Assembly (NCBI GenBank): GCA_903847465.1
Contig: CAINDQ010000093.1
Coordinates: 1 to 54,580, forward strand
Origin: an uncultured Candidatus Peregrinibacteria bacterium
GTDB taxonomy: Bacteria > Patescibacteriota > Gracilibacteria > UBA1369 > LOWO2-01-FULL-3
Direction: 5' to 3'
Length of the DNA stretch: 54,580 bases
Shown: in pieces, positions 7,201-18,100 of the stretch
Layout: each line of letters opens with the position of its first letter
How positions within the stretch are numbered: position 1 is the stretch's first letter
Made by a program: the position numbers and the translations under genes
Notes under the pieces: model-generated
What the model saw: only the letters and a program-made list of their open reading frames with translations
Databases searched by the model: none
Told to the model about the DNA's origin: nothing

Positions 7201-9019
7201 CACTGCTTTCAGATTCACTCGTGAAACTCAGGATAATTCAGTTCCATTAGTTATACCTTTTGTAATTGTGGGGACGGCGACCTACGGAGTTGATTATTAT
7301 CCTATATCAAGCAGCGTTGTTATTATCCCGTCTGGATTAGATTCCGCTGCGGTATTTCTCACCGCTATGGATGATTCGGACGTGGAGAATCTAGAAACTG
7401 CAACGCTCGAGATTCAACCAATAAGTGGCTATTACACCGTAGGGGAGCCGTCTTTTGCAACTGTGGCAATTACTGATGATGACAATGAAAACATTGATAA
7501 TGGTCCCGCTTTTGATCTAAGTGAGTTCACTTACAACGGTGAGACTCATTATAATTTTGATAATGACACAATCACTTTCTTGGAAGAAAACGTAGGGCAA
7601 TTTTTCTACAGAACAAACCCTGATGTTTCTGGAAATACTGAAGAATATTTATATGGTTATGGTTTTGGATTTTTCAATGGTGTTTACGATTATGGTTATG
7701 GATTTGGTTATGGATTTAATTATTTTGCAGAGAATGCTGATAGCAACTGGGCTGAATGGGCTGAAAATGGAAAATTTGGAACAGGCCTTGGGTCAAGTTA
7801 CGGAAATTTCACTTTGCCAGTAGACGATACTGGGGAAATAACATTAGAGACTGAGATTCCTTTGGAAGGAACTGGAAGCCTTACTGGGCTTGAAATAGTT
7901 TTGCCAGCGGGACTTGTCATGGATGGAGGAGATGGCTGGAACGGAGAAATAATTGTTTCAGGGGCAGAGGAATTATCGAGCGATTTACCAACGACATTTA
8001 AAGACTTTTTTGATTCTGCAAATGTGGTAACAGTTGAAACTGGTGGTTTTGCAATTGGCTTGAGCGCGGCGGCTGTCGTAAAAGTTCCTTATGAAAACTT
8101 TGATGTTATCGAAAATCCTGTCGTGAAAATATTGGCAGCAGACGACACTGAATATAATGTTGCCGAGTGTACAGATTCTCAATACGTTAGTGACGACTGG
8201 GTAACCGACAGTGAACTTCTTCAGCCTTTAAATTATGAATTGGCGATCAATACCGATCTTTTAGATCCTGAACAATGTTATATTTATTCAAATAATTTTG
8301 TTTATATTGCGACAAACCACTTCACAACATTTGCGGCCGGTCCAGCAGCAACTGTCAGTAGCGGTGGTGGAATATTTATAAAACCTATCGCCAAAGCCAA
8401 GCTACCTGCCAACACAAACGTCGCAACAAAAGTCACAGACTTTGCTGACCTTTTGACGCTAGCAACGACATCTTGGAGATATCCTGTGATTCAAAAGATG
8501 TTGGACCTTGGATTATTCAAGGGATCTCTTGTTGGTGGCAAATTGTATTTCAATATGGATAACACAATGACAAGAGCAATGGCCGCTACAGTTATTGCTA
8601 GATATATGGGTTATGACGACACAACCGTTGTTACAACTGCTCCATTCGAAGATGTTGCTACCACAACTTGGTACGCATCTTCAGTTGCTTACCTAAAAGC
8701 ACAAGGAGTTGTTGCTGAGGCTGCAAAATTCAATCCAAATGAATCTGTTACAAGAGCTCAATTCTTCAAGATGTTGGTTGAATCATATATGAAGCTTCAT
8801 CCATCTGTTGTGACAGAATGGAATGCTTCCATGGCAAAAGAATCCACATACTTTGCTGATGTTACAAAGGCAAACTGGTATGCTGGATATATGGCTTTGG
8901 CAGCTGAAAAAGGCTTGTTGGGCGGATACATGGAAGGCGGTCTCCGATATGTAAAAGGGACAAAGAGTGTTTCAAGAGTGGAAGCTGGTTCAATGCTGGT
9001 GAATATGTTGGCATTGTAG
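4271..9019 (+). CDS. giant S-layer/cell-surface protein with a signal peptide, 3 Calx-beta domains and 3 C-terminal SLH domains
   Basis: The ORF is open from GTG 4229. ATG 4271 gives a canonical signal peptide, MKNYKRFVALCSIFVLIFTLIPTVLAGG. Three ~115-aa Calx-beta-like repeats span ~6431-7485 (...TILRDGDTTDPLTVYFTMSGATNGVDY...PIDDDSIEGPETATLTV...). Three SLH motifs span ~8432-9016 (FADLLTLATTSWRYPVIQKM, FEDVATTTWYASSVAYL, FADVTKANWYAGYMALA). Confidence 0.85.
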   Translation: MKNYKRFVALCSIFVLIFTLIPTVLAGGAPTSENFTVTLETGSSNDVVNVYTSLNTEGMEAFLQDTNEWAFNGVHPSTAVMEDANNIVLTFAEPVNTAHTLTFYLSDLGEGLTDLELAVLAGPSDGNFGIWEAGSMIPQFPAFAAVITFQAPSTLTPKNANTTYTLRDADGVVVSQIDVGDTIDMGGSDGLMPRVLDASLMQLSQTPGEMWLLLFDEASVTSTPGYTIDVNWAGTTLSTGNRVMNMPGMIASYMVETPVEFPYVFKSPDSENEVAIWFPYTVNIADYVSTFPEGYVSNVDGQSVIDFGSNVSFILTFDDQHIYQEGDLFSFGDWTDLPVHSVSDFMAVQTEVGGLADSMFGSGSGCDGFCLDSYVLKYDENQIVNTIRVEFTGGPVDKAFLETVNNYKYYSDSWGDNIVIATAPEECSSDPSWAYTCVDVKVNGYPGLSPYGSYLNVKTGDEGIKNTSNETLNTNDNKFSWTYSSGSPRLLHVAGGENGSASYYTNSNNKFLYTEYSDDAGNMVWIIADSFQANTPVYYGPNQWNGVEGSVNGDGLYFTSSDRSGSPVGSLACENNECVASWIDGAYAGTYGNLSYKYSSSIYLYFGSGNTLSANNLETSSNYSITIPSGPKAGTYNPSGISVYDSDVYLSFDYNSNLGLFNGNFGADDFTLNVQGVCDDQSNCVNESVDFSDFLQSGGNAYYYNRPGELLIWSMEQTPSTSVTVLVNDGDSAEGTPAEDTGMYTILRDGDTTDPLTVYFTMSGATNGVDYNLTLGDEPVANSVVIPAVASGVNIMLTPIDDDSIEGPETATLTVNRAEGYLITTPYSADVTITDNDFPHVSITASDLYGAEIGGESEELGDPFVFTVSREGSTDQALELALSIDGTATLDTDYTCSNTSSITIPEGESSATITCTPIDDLDAEGVENVEMSIVPAEGIYEAINATATAYIVDEDGTGNDIVSVTSDNASIVENGGTTAFRFTRETQDNSVPLVIPFVIVGTATYGVDYYPISSSVVIIPSGLDSAAVFLTAMDDSDVENLETATLEIQPISGYYTVGEPSFATVAITDDDNENIDNGPAFDLSEFTYNGETHYNFDNDTITFLEENVGQFFYRTNPDVSGNTEEYLYGYGFGFFNGVYDYGYGFGYGFNYFAENADSNWAEWAENGKFGTGLGSSYGNFTLPVDDTGEITLETEIPLEGTGSLTGLEIVLPAGLVMDGGDGWNGEIIVSGAEELSSDLPTTFKDFFDSANVVTVETGGFAIGLSAAAVVKVPYENFDVIENPVVKILAADDTEYNVAECTDSQYVSDDWVTDSELLQPLNYELAINTDLLDPEQCYIYSNNFVYIATNHFTTFAAGPAATVSSGGGIFIKPIAKAKLPANTNVATKVTDFADLLTLATTSWRYPVIQKMLDLGLFKGSLVGGKLYFNMDNTMTRAMAATVIARYMGYDDTTVVTTAPFEDVATTTWYASSVAYLKAQGVVAEAAKFNPNESVTRAQFFKMLVESYMKLHPSVVTEWNASMAKESTYFADVTKANWYAGYMALAAEKGLLGGYMEGGLRYVKGTKSVSRVEAGSMLVNMLAL

Positions 9020-9119
9020 AAGGGTTTGAAATCGTAGATTAAATGAAGACCCTTAGGAGGAATCTTAGGGGTTTTCTTTTGGGTGGTAAAACTCTCTAAA
9101 TAGGCCCGCTTTTTTGGCC

Positions 9120-9148
9120 TTGGAAAAAAGACGGTTTTGTGGTAAAAT
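9120..9148 (+). promoter_or_regulatory. promoter candidate, TTGGAA-17 nt-TAAAAT
   Basis: Hexamers lie at 9120-9125 and 9143-9148. They are followed by the leader GATAAATTTGAAATAAAAA, which is duplicated upstream of the next giant gene. Confidence 0.4.
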
Positions 9149-9182
9149 ATTGAGATAAATTTGAAATAAAAATAAACACGTC

Positions 9183-12100
9183 ATGAGGTTTCGAAATGTT
9201 GTTTCAAAAATAATTATTATTGCGCTTGTTTCAGTGATGGTTCCAACAGGAACTGTTCTAGCTGCAAATACGTGTGCTTCGACGGGAGTAAATGGCGATT
9301 GGAATACCGCTACAACATGGACCAATTGCGGTAGCACTGTGCCACAAGAAGGAGATGACGTTTCGATAGGTCATGCTGTTTCCATTGGCAATTACTCGAT
9401 TAATCGAGTTGCTAATATCACGATTGCAAGTGGAGGAACGCTGACTCAAAACAATACAAATACTCAGACGATTGCGGGGATTTTGACTATACAAAGTGGA
9501 GGAACGTTGACTCATGGAAATAACGCCGGAACGTTGGCTTACAAAGTTGATTTCAGCGCAGTGACTATTGATGTGCAAAATGGCGGTACAATCGATGTCA
9601 GTGGTTTAGGGTATGACGGTGGTGGTTCTGGGGCGAATGGTTCTGGACCAGGTGGAGGATTTAGTCCCGGTGGTTGTACGTATACTTACGGTGGTGGTGG
9701 TGCTCATGCCGGAAATGGTGGAGCGTCTAACGGAGCCGGTGGAACAGCATATGTTACTACTGCGGCACAAATTGGTACTGAATTAGGATCCGGTGGTGGT
9801 GGTGGTGATTGTAGGGCTGGTGGGGCCGCCGGTGGCGGCTTGGTAAAACTTACTGCTTCCGGAACGGTGACCGTCAATGGTTCAATTACGGCAAATGGCA
9901 ATAATGCTACTGGTGACAGTATGGGTGGAGGTGGTGGCGGTGCCGGTGGTTCAATTAGAATTACTGCATATACTGTAGCTGGCACTCCGACTGCGATGGA
10001 AGTAAAAGGAGGAACAAAAGGAACTGGTGGGGCGAATGGAGGAGGAGGTGGTGGTGGTGCTGTTTACATTGGCTATGAATACACTAGTTCTTCTAGCATT
10101 GTTCTCTCAAATATTTCTAAAGGTGGTGGTACCGGTGCCAATCCTGGTGGTGAAGGATTTTTTTGGTTAGAGCCGTTAAACGCTCCAGTTGGAGGGGCTC
10201 ACAATTGCGTTTCTGCTAATTCAAATACTGATTGGAATAATATTTTTACCTGGACTGGGTGTGGCGGAACTGTTCCACAAGTTGGTGATAATGTAACGAT
10301 TATTTCTCCTGTTAATATCGGCGCATATGTTATTAATCAAGTGGCGAATATTACAATCGGAAATGGCGGAACTCTTTCTCAAAACAATTTAAGTACTCAA
10401 ATTATTTCAGGAACATTAACTGTGCAAAATGGTGGAACTTTTACTCACGGAGACAATGCTGGAACGCTGGCTTACGAAATTGATTTTAGTGCGGCGACTA
10501 TTGATGTGCAAAGTGGAGGTGTAATAAATGCCGACGGAAAAGGATATGACGGTGGTGGTTCTGGTGTTGACGGCTCTGGACCAGGTGGAGGAATCCACCC
10601 CGGTGGTTGTACGTATACCTACGGTGGTGGTGGTGCTAATTTCGGGGATGGCGGAGCATCTAATGGGGCTGGAGGAACACATTATCTTCATACTTCTGCG
10701 GACATTGGTACTGACTTGGGATCTGGTGGTGGTGGTGGTGATTGTAGAGCTGGCGGTGCGAATGGTGGTGGAATAATAAAACTTAATGTTTCAGGAACTT
10801 TGACTATTACTGGTTCGATTACTGCCAATGGCAATAATGCTACCGGTGACAGCATGGGCGGTGGTGGTGGTGGTGGTGGTGGTGCCATTAGAATTAATGC
10901 TGACACAATTACCGGAACTCCGACTGCTTTGAAAGCTACAGGAGGAACAAAGGGCTCTGGCGGAGCCAACGGTGGTGGTGGTGGTGGTGGTGGAATTTAT
11001 ATTGGTTACAACACTACTAATTCTGTTTCCGCAGCTGGCGCTTATTTTTCTGTTGCGGGTGGAACTGGTGCTAATAATGGCGGTGCTGGTTTGCCTATTT
11101 TGGAAGAAACAGCTCCGACAAATACATGTATTTCGACTGGAACAAACAGCGACTGGAATACAGCTGCCGCATGGAGTCTTTGCAGTGGTGGCGTTCCACA
11201 AGTTGGAAACAATGTGAGAATTTCTCATGCTGTTGCCATAGGGAGTTATACGATTAATCAAGTTGCAAATATTACAATTCGAAACGGAGGAACTCTGACT
11301 CAAAACAATGCTTTGACTCAAACGATTTCCGGATCTTTGACTGTACAAAGTGGAGGAACTCTTACTCATGGAGATAACTCTACAACGCAAGCATTCAAAG
11401 TTGATTTCAGTGCGGCGAGTGTGGATGTACAGCTTGGAGGTGTAATAAGTGCCGATGGAAAAGGGTATGATGGAGGAACTAGTAATGTACATAACAATGG
11501 CTATGGCCCTGCTCCTGGTATAGGAAAAGATGGTAATGGATATCAGGCTGGTAGTGGTGGTGGACATGGTGGAAATGGTGGAACGACTACGGATGGAGAT
11601 GTTGGCGGCACAGCTAATGGAGACGTCACTAATCCGGCGACAATTGGTTCCGGCGGTGGTGCGGCTGGAGGTGGAGTTGGAGGTAGTGGCGGAGGGTTGA
11701 TTGTTTTAAATGCAACCGGAAGCGTTACTGTCGCTGGCACAATTACTGCGGATGGTACGAATGGAGGAAATGGTAGCAACTCAAGTGCTGGTGGTGGTGC
11801 TGGTGGTGGTATCAAAATTGTGGCAGATTCTATTTCTGGAACTCCAACAAGTTTTACCGCAACAGGAGGAACTAGTTATGGTGTTGTATATGCTAGCAGA
11901 AATGGAGGAGGTGGTGGTGGTGGTATTATTTATATTCAATACACAACAGGATCAAATACTTTTGACCCTACCGCTGGATATTTCAGTATGAAAGGCGGAA
12001 CTGGTGCCGGCGCTGGTGGTGCCGGAGTTACATATGTCAAAAAAGTAAGTGTTAGTGACGACTTGTATATTATCAACGGAGCTACGGTTGGGGCGGATTC

Positions 12101-15100
12101 TCCTCAGGTAGCAACGTCTATTACTGCAACAACTGTAACTATTAAAAGTAATGCGGTTTATTCTCTGACAACCGGAAAAACTCTAACATTAAGTAGCGCG
12201 ACTAGCGTTGCAAATGGCGATGGGACTGGAACTTTAAAAGTTTCAACCGGAACATTAACTACTCCAAGCACTTTCACTGTTAAGGATTTTATCTTGGAAA
12301 TTTGGAACACAGGAATAATCACAGATTCGAATTTAGTGGACATGACTCTTGATGGAACATCTAATACCGTCAAAGGTATCTTGGATATGCGAAGCTTTAC
12401 AACTTCTGCATCACTCGCTCTAAAATCATTAACTGTGGGCACTGTCTCTTCTGGATATGGAAAAGTAACCCATGGAGATAATTCAACTGCTCAAACAAAT
12501 ATTATTAACATAAGTACAACCAATGATTTAACCATTAACGCAAATGGTTTGGTTGACGCTGACGGCAGAGGGTATGATGGAGGAACTAGTACTCATAATA
12601 ATGGATACGGTCTCGCCCCTGGTATAGGAAAAGACAACAATGGATATCAGGCCGGTAGTGGTGGTGGACATGGTGGCAATGGTGGAGTGACCACTGATGG
12701 AGCCCTTGGTGGCACAGCTAATGAAAACGCCACTAACCCAGCAACTATCGGATCTGGTGGTGGTGCGGCCGGCGGTGGTCCTGGTGGCGCCGGCGGTGGA
12801 TTAATCATTCTTGACGCTGGAGGAACTGCTAGTATTAGTGGCACAATTACTGCCGATGGTACGAATGGAGGAAATGGCAGCAACTCAAGTGCTGGTGGTG
12901 GCGCTGGTGGTGGTATCAAAATCACCGCGGCTACCGTAGCTGGCACGCCAACATCAATGACCGCAATTGGTGGTAATAGTTATGGCGTTGTATATGCTGG
13001 CAGAAATGGTGGTGGTGGTGGTGGTGGTGTTATTTATGTTGGATACACTAGTGGTAATTCAATTTCTTCATCTGCTGGATACTTTTCTGTCGTAGGTGGA
13101 ACTGGCGCAGGACCCGGTGGCTCTGCTGGCGCTTCTTCTGTAACCGAAATAATTCCAGTAAACACATGCGCTTCAACTGGAACAAATGGCGATTGGAATA
13201 CTGCTGCCACATGGAGTAATTGTAGTGGCGGAGTACCACAAGTTGGAAACAATGTGAGAATTTCTCATGCCGTTGCCATAGAAAGTTATACGATTAATCA
13301 AGTGGCCGATATTACAATTCGAAGCGGAGGAACACTTACTCAAAACAATACAAATACTCAAACGATCACCGGGACACTGACCATACAGAGCGGGGGCGTT
13401 TTGACGCATGGAAATAACTCTACGAGTCTTTTGTATAAAGTTGATTTTAGTGCGGCAACTATTGATGTACAAAGTGGAGGGTCAATTAATGCAAGTTATT
13501 TGGGTTACGATGGTCAGAATGGATCCGGCAAAGGTGTTGATAGCCCTTATGATCGGGGCGCTGGTGGTGGCGCTCACGCTGGTAATGGCGGATATGCCTA
13601 TAATGCATTGGGTGGCACTAACAACTACAGTAGTTTTACTAATCCAGCCACGATTGGTTCTGGTGGCGGTTTAGGTATTGGTTATGCTTCTGGTGGGGCC
13701 GGTGGTGGTTTAATTATTTTGAATTCTTCTGCAACTACAACTATCAATGGCACTATTACTGCCAATGGAAGTGCTGGCGCAAATAATGCTAATGGTGGTG
13801 CTGGTGGTGGTGCTGGTGGTGGAATTAAAATTACAGCCAATGCTGTCGAGGGAACACCCCAAAGTTTTTCAGTTGCTGGTGGTGCTGGTGGTGGGCCTAG
13901 CTACTATGGTGGTGGCGGTGGCGGCGGCGCTGTATTGATTAATTTTGCAAATACAAATAGTATTTTAGGTCCAAATATTTCTATGAGTGGTGGCTCTGGT
14001 TATACTTATGGTGGAGCTGGCGTTGCCTATATCAAACAAACTGGCACGCATGGTAGTCTTTATTCTATCAATGCTGTAAGCAGTGAAAGCACACTTCAAT
14101 TTGATTCTTCTTTAACGGTAGACAATCTTTATCTTTCAAATTCCAGTTTCGTTGTCGCTTCTACTAAGGCGATGATTATAGAGACTACTACACCTTTTAG
14201 TATAATGCCGGATGGTGTTAGTTTGGGCACCTTGAGAATCTCTGGTGGCACCTTGACTACGCCAAATAATTTTTCCATAACATCTTCAACTTTAGAATTT
14301 TGGCAAACCTCTAATTGGACCAACTCATCATCTCTACAATTAACAGTTGGTGCTAGTGGTACTTTTTCTATGGGGTATTTCACAACTATTACGCCTTGGA
14401 ATATTAATTCTTTAGTGGTTAGTAATGGTGGAACTGTAACTCACGTAGCTAATTCCTCCGCTCAAACTCACATTGCAAATATTTCAGCTACAACAATTGA
14501 CGTACAATTTGGTGGTTCGATTAATGTTAATGGTAAGGGATATAGTGGACAACAAGGAACCGGTAAAGGCGCTGATAGCCCTTACGATCAGGGCGCTGGT
14601 GGTGGTGCTCACGCTGGTAACGGTGGCAATGCCTATCGTGCACTAGGTGGTACTGCTTACGGCAGTTCTACTAATCCAGCCACAATTGGTTCTGGTGGTG
14701 GAAAAGGAATTGGTGGTGGTTTCGGGGGAGCTGGTGGTGGGTTAATCATTTTGAATTCTTCTGCAACTACAACTATCAATGGAACTATTACTGCCAATGG
14801 TGGCAATGGCATATTTAATTCTACTGGTGGCGGTGGTGGTGGCGCCGGAGGTGGAGTTAAAATTACAGCCAATGCTGTTGAGGGAACACCACAAAGTTTT
14901 TCAGTTGTTGGTGGAGTAGGTGGTGGAGCGGATTACGGCGGCTATAATGGTGGCGGTGGTGGTGGCGGATTTGTTTATATTGAATATACAATCTCTAATT
15001 CCATATCTTCTTTAGCCGGATATTTTTCTGTTGCAGGGGGAACCGGTCGTGCAAGTGGCGGCGCAGGTTCACCACTTTTTCAAGTATCAAATTCCTCACC

Positions 15101-18100
15101 AGTTTCTACTGTTGCAAATGATTCAGTCGCGCAATCAACTGATGCGAGTGGATACTTAACGTTTGATGTTGCGGTTTCTGATTCCGACTCAGATGATGTG
15201 AAATTAAAAGTAGAATATTCTGACGATGATGGAGTCACTTGGTATGATCCATTATTATTGTCCGCAAACTTGTCTTCTGAGACGGCAGACTTGGACAATT
15301 CAGGCACATATCAAATCGGTTCGGTAGATGGAATAGAAACTGCTTCTGAAAATACCTTAACGATAGTTTGGGATACAAAATCTGCAAGTAATGGAAATGG
15401 TTCGCTAGATATTATTGAAAATTCAAACATAAAAATTCGCGTGACACCGAACGATGGAACGATTGATGGAACGGCTCAAACATCAAACGCATTCGCGATT
15501 GATAACGCGGCCCCTTCTGGCACAACGGCGCTTTCTTCAGGCTTGCAAACAAGCTCTTCTGTTTCGTTAACATGGGATGCTTCTACTGATGCAAATTTTT
15601 CTAAATACGAAATCTGGCATGGAGAAATTCTAAATGATGTCGAAAACAAAACAGGCACAGCCGCAAAATGGGACGATATAAACGACGTAAATCTTGCGAC
15701 CATCTCGACAACTTCTACCGAAATTACTGGACTCGCCATAAGCACTTCTTTTTACTTTAAAATATTTGCCATCGACACATTCGGAAATATTTCGACAGTC
15801 GATGCGTTCCAAGTTTCAACATTGGCAAGTTCGCAAGGGTCACCAACTGTAACTCCTTTATCAACTTCTGAATTGAATGTGGTGATCGATCAAGGATCGA
15901 ATCCTTTGTCTGCCGAATACGCAATAAAAATAGGTGATAATTATGTTCAGGCGGGAGGAACTTTGGACACCACGGAGGCATGGCAAACTTATGACACGTG
16001 GGGCGGAGCTTTGGGTCAAAATGTGACAGGCTTATCCCCAAATACTCAATACGCAGTTTCTTCGAAAGCACGAAATTCTGAGAACATCGAGACCGCATTA
16101 TCGGATAGCGTTTCTGTTTATACTTTGGCGTCTCCTGTTTCAAATATAGTGCTCACAAATGCGAGTACAAATTCCGAATACAAACACACTGTGTCTTGGG
16201 AAAATGCTGATCAGACTGGAATAAAAATCGACACTTCCGTCGTCCAAGATGGAGCATGTGATGATTCTTTCGGAACAAATTTGTATGACAACGCTACAAC
16301 AAATCAAAGTTATCCATTCGAAAATTCTGCAACTGCAAACACCTGTTATCGAGTCAGAATTCTTTCTTATAATGGTGATGGAATATTGAATACGAATGAC
16401 GCCGCGGTCAGTAATGATTTAATTACTCCGCCATCATCCGTATCTAATATTCACACAACAGCGGCAAGCGAGACCTCTATCACTTGGGCTTGGAATGCAG
16501 TTACTTCTGCCACAAATTACAAAGTGTATTTGAGTGATGACACTTTAGTTGGCGAAACAGGAACTGCAGACACTTCATATACAATGTCCGATCTTTCTCC
16601 AAATGTTGAGTATAGCGTTTATGTGCGAGCGGCAAATGATAACGGAGAAGGAATTACAGTTGCTCCGGTGTCCGCATACACAGACGCAAATGCTCCCGTA
16701 AATCTTGGTCATACTCAAGGTTCGCAAGCAACAACAGATATGCTATGGACTTGGGAATCTAGTGGCACGGAATTTTTTGCATCGATGCCTGATCAATCAC
16801 TTGATAGTGGCTGGACGACTGATCTTTCTTGGGGAGTCGTTGGACTTGCTCCGAATAATTTATATGAATTTTTTGTGAGAGCTAGAAATGTTGAATTAGT
16901 GGAAACTGCTGACTCAAATTATTCTGCATACACTTCTCAAAACCCTCCTGATTCCATTTCTTTCAGTGATCTTTCCTCAACTTCTATCACCGCAACCGCG
17001 AATGGAACTTTTGAAAATTTAACACTTGGGGATTCGGGAATTAAATTCATAAACACCACTACTTCGGCTCAAAATATTTCGCAACAAACCTCTTGGATTA
17101 ATTCTTCGCTCTCTCCAAACGCGCAATACACATATCGAGCAAGTGCGCTGAATGGCAATGGAGATGAAAGTTCTAATGTCGAAAATTCTGTGTACACTTT
17201 GGCGAATATTCCAAGTGCGCCTGTGGCAAGTAATGCAACTGGTGCGACCATTGATCTTGCCGTCAGCGTGAATGGAAATCCTGGCACAACAAATTATGTA
17301 ATTCACGAAACTACTCTAAATAAATATGTTCAAGCGGATGGATCATTGGGAGATTCTGAAAACAAAAATACAGCAACTTCTTTCACAATTACGGGACTTT
17401 CCCTCGATACAAATTACACCTTCGAAGTGAAAGCATTTAATGGCGACGACGTGGAAACGGCTTATTCTACAGCAACTTCTGCTTCGACGACGGCGAACGC
17501 ACCTTTGACTCCGGTTCTTTCCACTCCTACGGCAACTACTATCTCCATTACTCTGGATGGAAATGAAAATCCTCTAAACACACTTTACAACATCTACGAA
17601 TCCGTACTTTTGAAATATGTTAAATTGGCAACTCTTGCTTTGGACGTGAGTGCTGATTGGCAAACTATGGACACGTGGGGATTTGTTTCTGGAATTAGCG
17701 GAAGCTTGATTGTGACAGGACTAACTCCAAATACTCAATATACTTTCTCTGCTGCATCGAAAGATAATGAGGGAAGAATTTCTGAATATTCTTCCACTGC
17801 GGCTCTGCGCACTTTGGCCGCTACGCCAACAAGTGGCGTCGCTACACTCGATGGAAATTCCGTAACTCTTACTTGGGATGCGAATGGAAATCCGTCCGGA
17901 ACTAATTATTTTATCCTGAAAGATTCAGCACCTTTGGCTTCGACTACAAATACGACATACACGGATACGCTCTCTGGATATGCGACTTATGCTTATTCTG
18001 TTTATGCACAAAATGTGGACTTGAGCGATACTGGTTCGCTGACCTTGGGAGAGGTGATTTACACTGCGCCAACCTGTAGTTCTTTTACGTATAGCGATTG

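Noticed and set aside
9704-14872. Many 60-260-aa minus-strand ORFs rich in Pro or Ser/Thr inside the 3439-aa gene
   Set aside because: They are the antisense reading of GGN glycine codons (CCN gives Pro) and of repeat modules. They lie entirely within a 10-kb uninterrupted sense ORF.
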